DNA of 64,000 bases, taken from positions 205,181-269,180 of the forward strand of contig JBMNIH010000010.1 in NCBI GenBank assembly GCA_050950825.1. Reading direction: 5' to 3'. The notes under the pieces are model-generated. The model worked only from the letters and a program-made list of their open reading frames with translations. It was not told the DNA's origin and searched no databases. Positions 61,474 through 64,000 of this stretch are shown in pieces. The stretch is from Clostridia bacterium. Its GTDB lineage: Bacteria; Bacillota; Clostridia; JAAYHZ01. The position numbers were made by a program, and so were the translations under genes. Within the stretch, counting starts at the first letter, position 1, and each line of letters opens with the position of its first letter.

Positions 61474-62008
61474 ATGTATTAGTTTTAAGGGATAAGGAAC
61501 AAGGAATAAGGCTAAAAGCCAGAAAAATCAATGGATTAGAAGATTGAATGGAAAAGAAAATGGAATGAAAAATGGGTAAAATCTCTCCTTAACCCTTCCC
61601 CCTTAACCCTCAATCCTAAAAGCACTTTATTTTCATTTTTTGCCCTAAAAATTGAGGAATGAAAGGACTTTAGGAAGTAAGGAATAAGGAAAAAGGAATT
61701 AAATGGGAAATTGGAAGAGAATAACAAGCCAGTATTTTCAAGGGTTTGAGGGGTGTTTGTGAAAGGAGTTTATTTGAAAAAGGAAAGAAGTTTGTTTGGG
61801 TTACATATAGTTAGGATTAAGGAAAAAGGGGTAAGGAAAATAGGAAATAATTTTAGGCTTAAAATAGGGCTTAATTAGTTGTTGTCAAAAATAAAATAAA
61901 GTAGTTGTAGTTAAAGGAATAAGGAATCAGGGAAAGTATTGATAATACAAGGTTTAGATTAGGTTTTAAGGATAAAGGTATATGGTATTAAAGGGAATTC
62001 GTGAAAGT

Positions 62009-62587
62009 ACTTTATTTACTTTTTCTATACAACATAGGCCTTTTTTTCTGTTTCAAAAAATAGCATAGTTAAAATTGTAAGAAACAAAAAAGTCCTTTTA
62101 TCGCAGAAAAGTAGTTGCAAAAAGAAAATAAAGTTCTTGTATTAGGATTTTATCCACATTTTATGAAACAGGGATGGGGATAAAGCATATAAAATATAGC
62201 ATAAATGTGGATAAAAGGAAAAAGGAACAAGGACATTATTTTATTTTTACAAGAACTTAGTGTATTTTTTCTGTTTCAGAAATTGTAATTAATGAATTCT
62301 GAAAATAAAAAAGTATTTTTAAGGACGATAAAGTTCTTTTATTTTTAAAATAAAGTTGTTATATTGAAAAGTTTAAGAAATAAGGGGAAACATTGAAAAT
62401 ACGAGGTTTGATATGGGTTCGGAGTATAATAAGGCTGGTAATCATAGGAGATTTATACAACGACTTTATTTGCATTTTATATAGAACATACGCTGTATTT
62501 TCTGTTTCAAAATATAAACATAAAAATTTTTGAAAAAGAAAAATAAAATTGCAACCGATAAAGTTCTATCAGAATAAAAAATAAAGT
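62009..62587. repeat. three degenerate ~125-bp quasi-palindromic units at ~225-230-bp period
   Basis: units 62009-62134, 62233-62356, 62463-62587, each AC(T/A)TTATT...TTTTCTGTTTCA...AAAGT...AATAAAGT. Confidence 0.75.
62148..62216. promoter_or_regulatory. inverted pair of consensus DnaA boxes
   Basis: TTATCCACA 62150-62158 and TGTGGATAA 62206-62214 within a 14-bp perfect IR; 1-mismatch box TGGGGATAA 62175-62183. Confidence 0.5.
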
Positions 62588-62741
62588 TGTATCATGAGAT
62601 GAATGCTTTTTTATATAAACTGTTAATAAATACTACAAAAGCATTTGCTGGCATTGAAATAACAATAGGAATTATGCTATATTGCAAATAAATAGGGAGG
62701 CTTATGAGTATGAATAGGTTTCATGTGAAAGGGTGAAAGTT

Positions 62742-62993
62742 ATGGAAAGAAAAAAAGTCATAACTTTTTCGGACAGGTTTTTTAGTAATTTAAGAGAATT
62801 TGGTTTGGATTTTAATAAGACAAAACAAAATATCCTTTCCCACATTGAGGAAAAGGAAAAAGACTTAAGTTTGGATAAAAGGATGTTATTTTATACGCCA
62901 TATATAAATGAAGGCAAAAAATATATGCTGGTTGGATATGCAACTAAAAAAGGAAAAATCTATTCTTATAGAAGCCACCAGCATATGGGATAG
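62742..62993 (+). CDS. small hypothetical protein (possibly frameshifted, continuing to 63051)
   Basis: ORF with GGGTGA RBS and upstream TTGAAA/TATATT promoter; no recognisable motif. Confidence 0.4.
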   Translation: MERKKVITFSDRFFSNLREFGLDFNKTKQNILSHIEEKEKDLSLDKRMLFYTPYINEGKKYMLVGYATKKGKIYSYRSHQHMG

Positions 62994-63247
62994 AGGGTTT
63001 AATCCTGAAGACATAATTGTTAAAGAAACAAATATTAGAATTATTAAATAGTAAAAGATAAAATCAAGAGTGGTTTTTAGGTATAAAACGATAAAACGTA
63101 AATATTTACTAAAAAACAAGTTCTAAATGTAAAAAACTATTTGGATTATAAGTTTAACAGTAGATTAGAAAATAAAATAAAGGTAAATAAAGTTGTTCCT
63201 TTTACAGGGGAAAAGGGCAAGGAAAAAGGAATAAAGAGGGCAATATA

Positions 63248-63299
63248 AAATCCTTTGTAATCTGCATCAAAAGCGGATTACAAAGGATTTGTTTGTTTT
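63248..63299. terminator. long terminator-like hairpin
   Basis: AAATCCTTTGTAATCTGC...GCGGATTACAAAGGATTT followed by T-rich tail. Confidence 0.7.
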
Positions 63300-63774
63300 A
63301 TTGGATAATATCCTTATTGCTTAAACCTATTCCCTTGAGACTATTCCGAAAGAATAACTTTTATTTATATTAGAACGAGTTATTTGTAAGAGAAAGAGTT
63401 TATTTGATGCTTATACAGAAGTTAAAAATGAGAGTGTAAGAGGAGTAAGGAGATGGTAAAAGATATGATTACAATATAATATTATAGATAAGATATCATT
63501 TATGTGGTTTTTTATGGAAAATGAAGGGATTTGGAAAATTATATCGAATTTTATATATAAATGTGTTTTTATCACTAACTTAATATAGGGGGGATTGAAA
63601 TGGATGAAAAATCTTTTGCCTGCCGAAATCCTGAAAAAAACGATAGAAAAACTAAACTCACAGCAAGATTGGACTGAAGAGTATAGTGGAACTTTCAAAG
63701 ATTTATTTGAACAGGGAAAAGTATGATAGCCAGGAGGAGATATCCAGGGCTATTGGGCAGGTGAGTAGAAAACC

Positions 63775-64000
63775 ATGATAAGAAGTATTAATATTGAAAA
63801 TCTAAGAGGAATTAGGTTTAATACGAACATTGATTTAGATAAAAAATCTCTAATTATTTTTGGGGAGAATGGAAAAGGAAAAAGTTCAATTGTTGATGGA
63901 ATTGAATATGCAATTACTGGGGATATTAAGCATATTTCTTCAACATGTAGAGAAGTATCATTAAAAAAACACGCCCCTCATATATACGCAGATTTTCAAG
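63775..64000 (+). CDS. SMC/Rad50/RecN-type ABC ATPase, N-terminus only (truncated by window)
   Basis: MIRSINIENLRGI...LIIFGENGKGKSSIVDGIEYAITG Walker A; AGGTGA RBS; not in the supplied ORF track. Confidence 0.8.
   Translation, partial: MIRSINIENLRGIRFNTNIDLDKKSLIIFGENGKGKSSIVDGIEYAITGDIKHISSTCREVSLKKHAPHIYADFQ

Larger units (their letters stand above)
61357..64000. mobile_element. left edge of an AT-rich island, probably a Tn7-like transposon inserted just downstream of recR (runs off the window)
   Basis: abrupt AT shift; TGTCTACA-TCAAATAAACT end geometry; many AATAAAGT boxes; internal terminator; no tns genes visible in the window. Confidence 0.55.

Noticed and set aside
61357-62600. CRISPR array interpretation of the periodic non-coding region
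   Set aside because: The period is about 225 bp with degenerate motifs, not identical 25-45-bp repeats with unique spacers; no cas genes in the window.

Overview
Chromosomal DNA of an endospore-forming Clostridia-type firmicute (sigH, veg, SPOCS/LysM coat protein, ypeB; taxonomy is inferred from gene content). Bases 1-61.3 kb are densely coding and of moderate GC. They carry a glycerol-3-phosphate oxidation operon with a GlpP-type leader terminator, six amidohydrolase_2-family genes, many sugar-catabolism enzymes (Gfo/Idh/MocA, IolE-like, HpcH aldolase, two GH38, GH-like TIM barrels, sialidase-like), housekeeping genes (typA, ispE, acpS, ybaB-recR), three tRNAs and one intact ISLre2-family insertion sequence with a 9-bp target duplication. 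Two long genes are split by apparent +1 frameshifts. At 61357, 12 bp after the recR stop, the sequence becomes very AT-rich and starts with a Tn7-like end (TGT + 5 bp + TnsB-type box). About 1.25 kb of non-coding DNA follows, built from repeated AATAAAGT boxes, ~125-bp quasi-palindromic units at a ~225-bp period and DnaA boxes, then cargo including an SMC/Rad50-like ATPase cut by the window edge. Best candidates for novelty: (1) a Tn7-like element using recR as attachment site, with an unusually long modular end array; (2) a ~150-nt structured RNA in the ISLre2 3' end; (3) two translationally coupled pairs of an intact and a ligand-less amidohydrolase, suggesting heteromeric enzymes. All product calls come from motif recognition by eye, not database searches.
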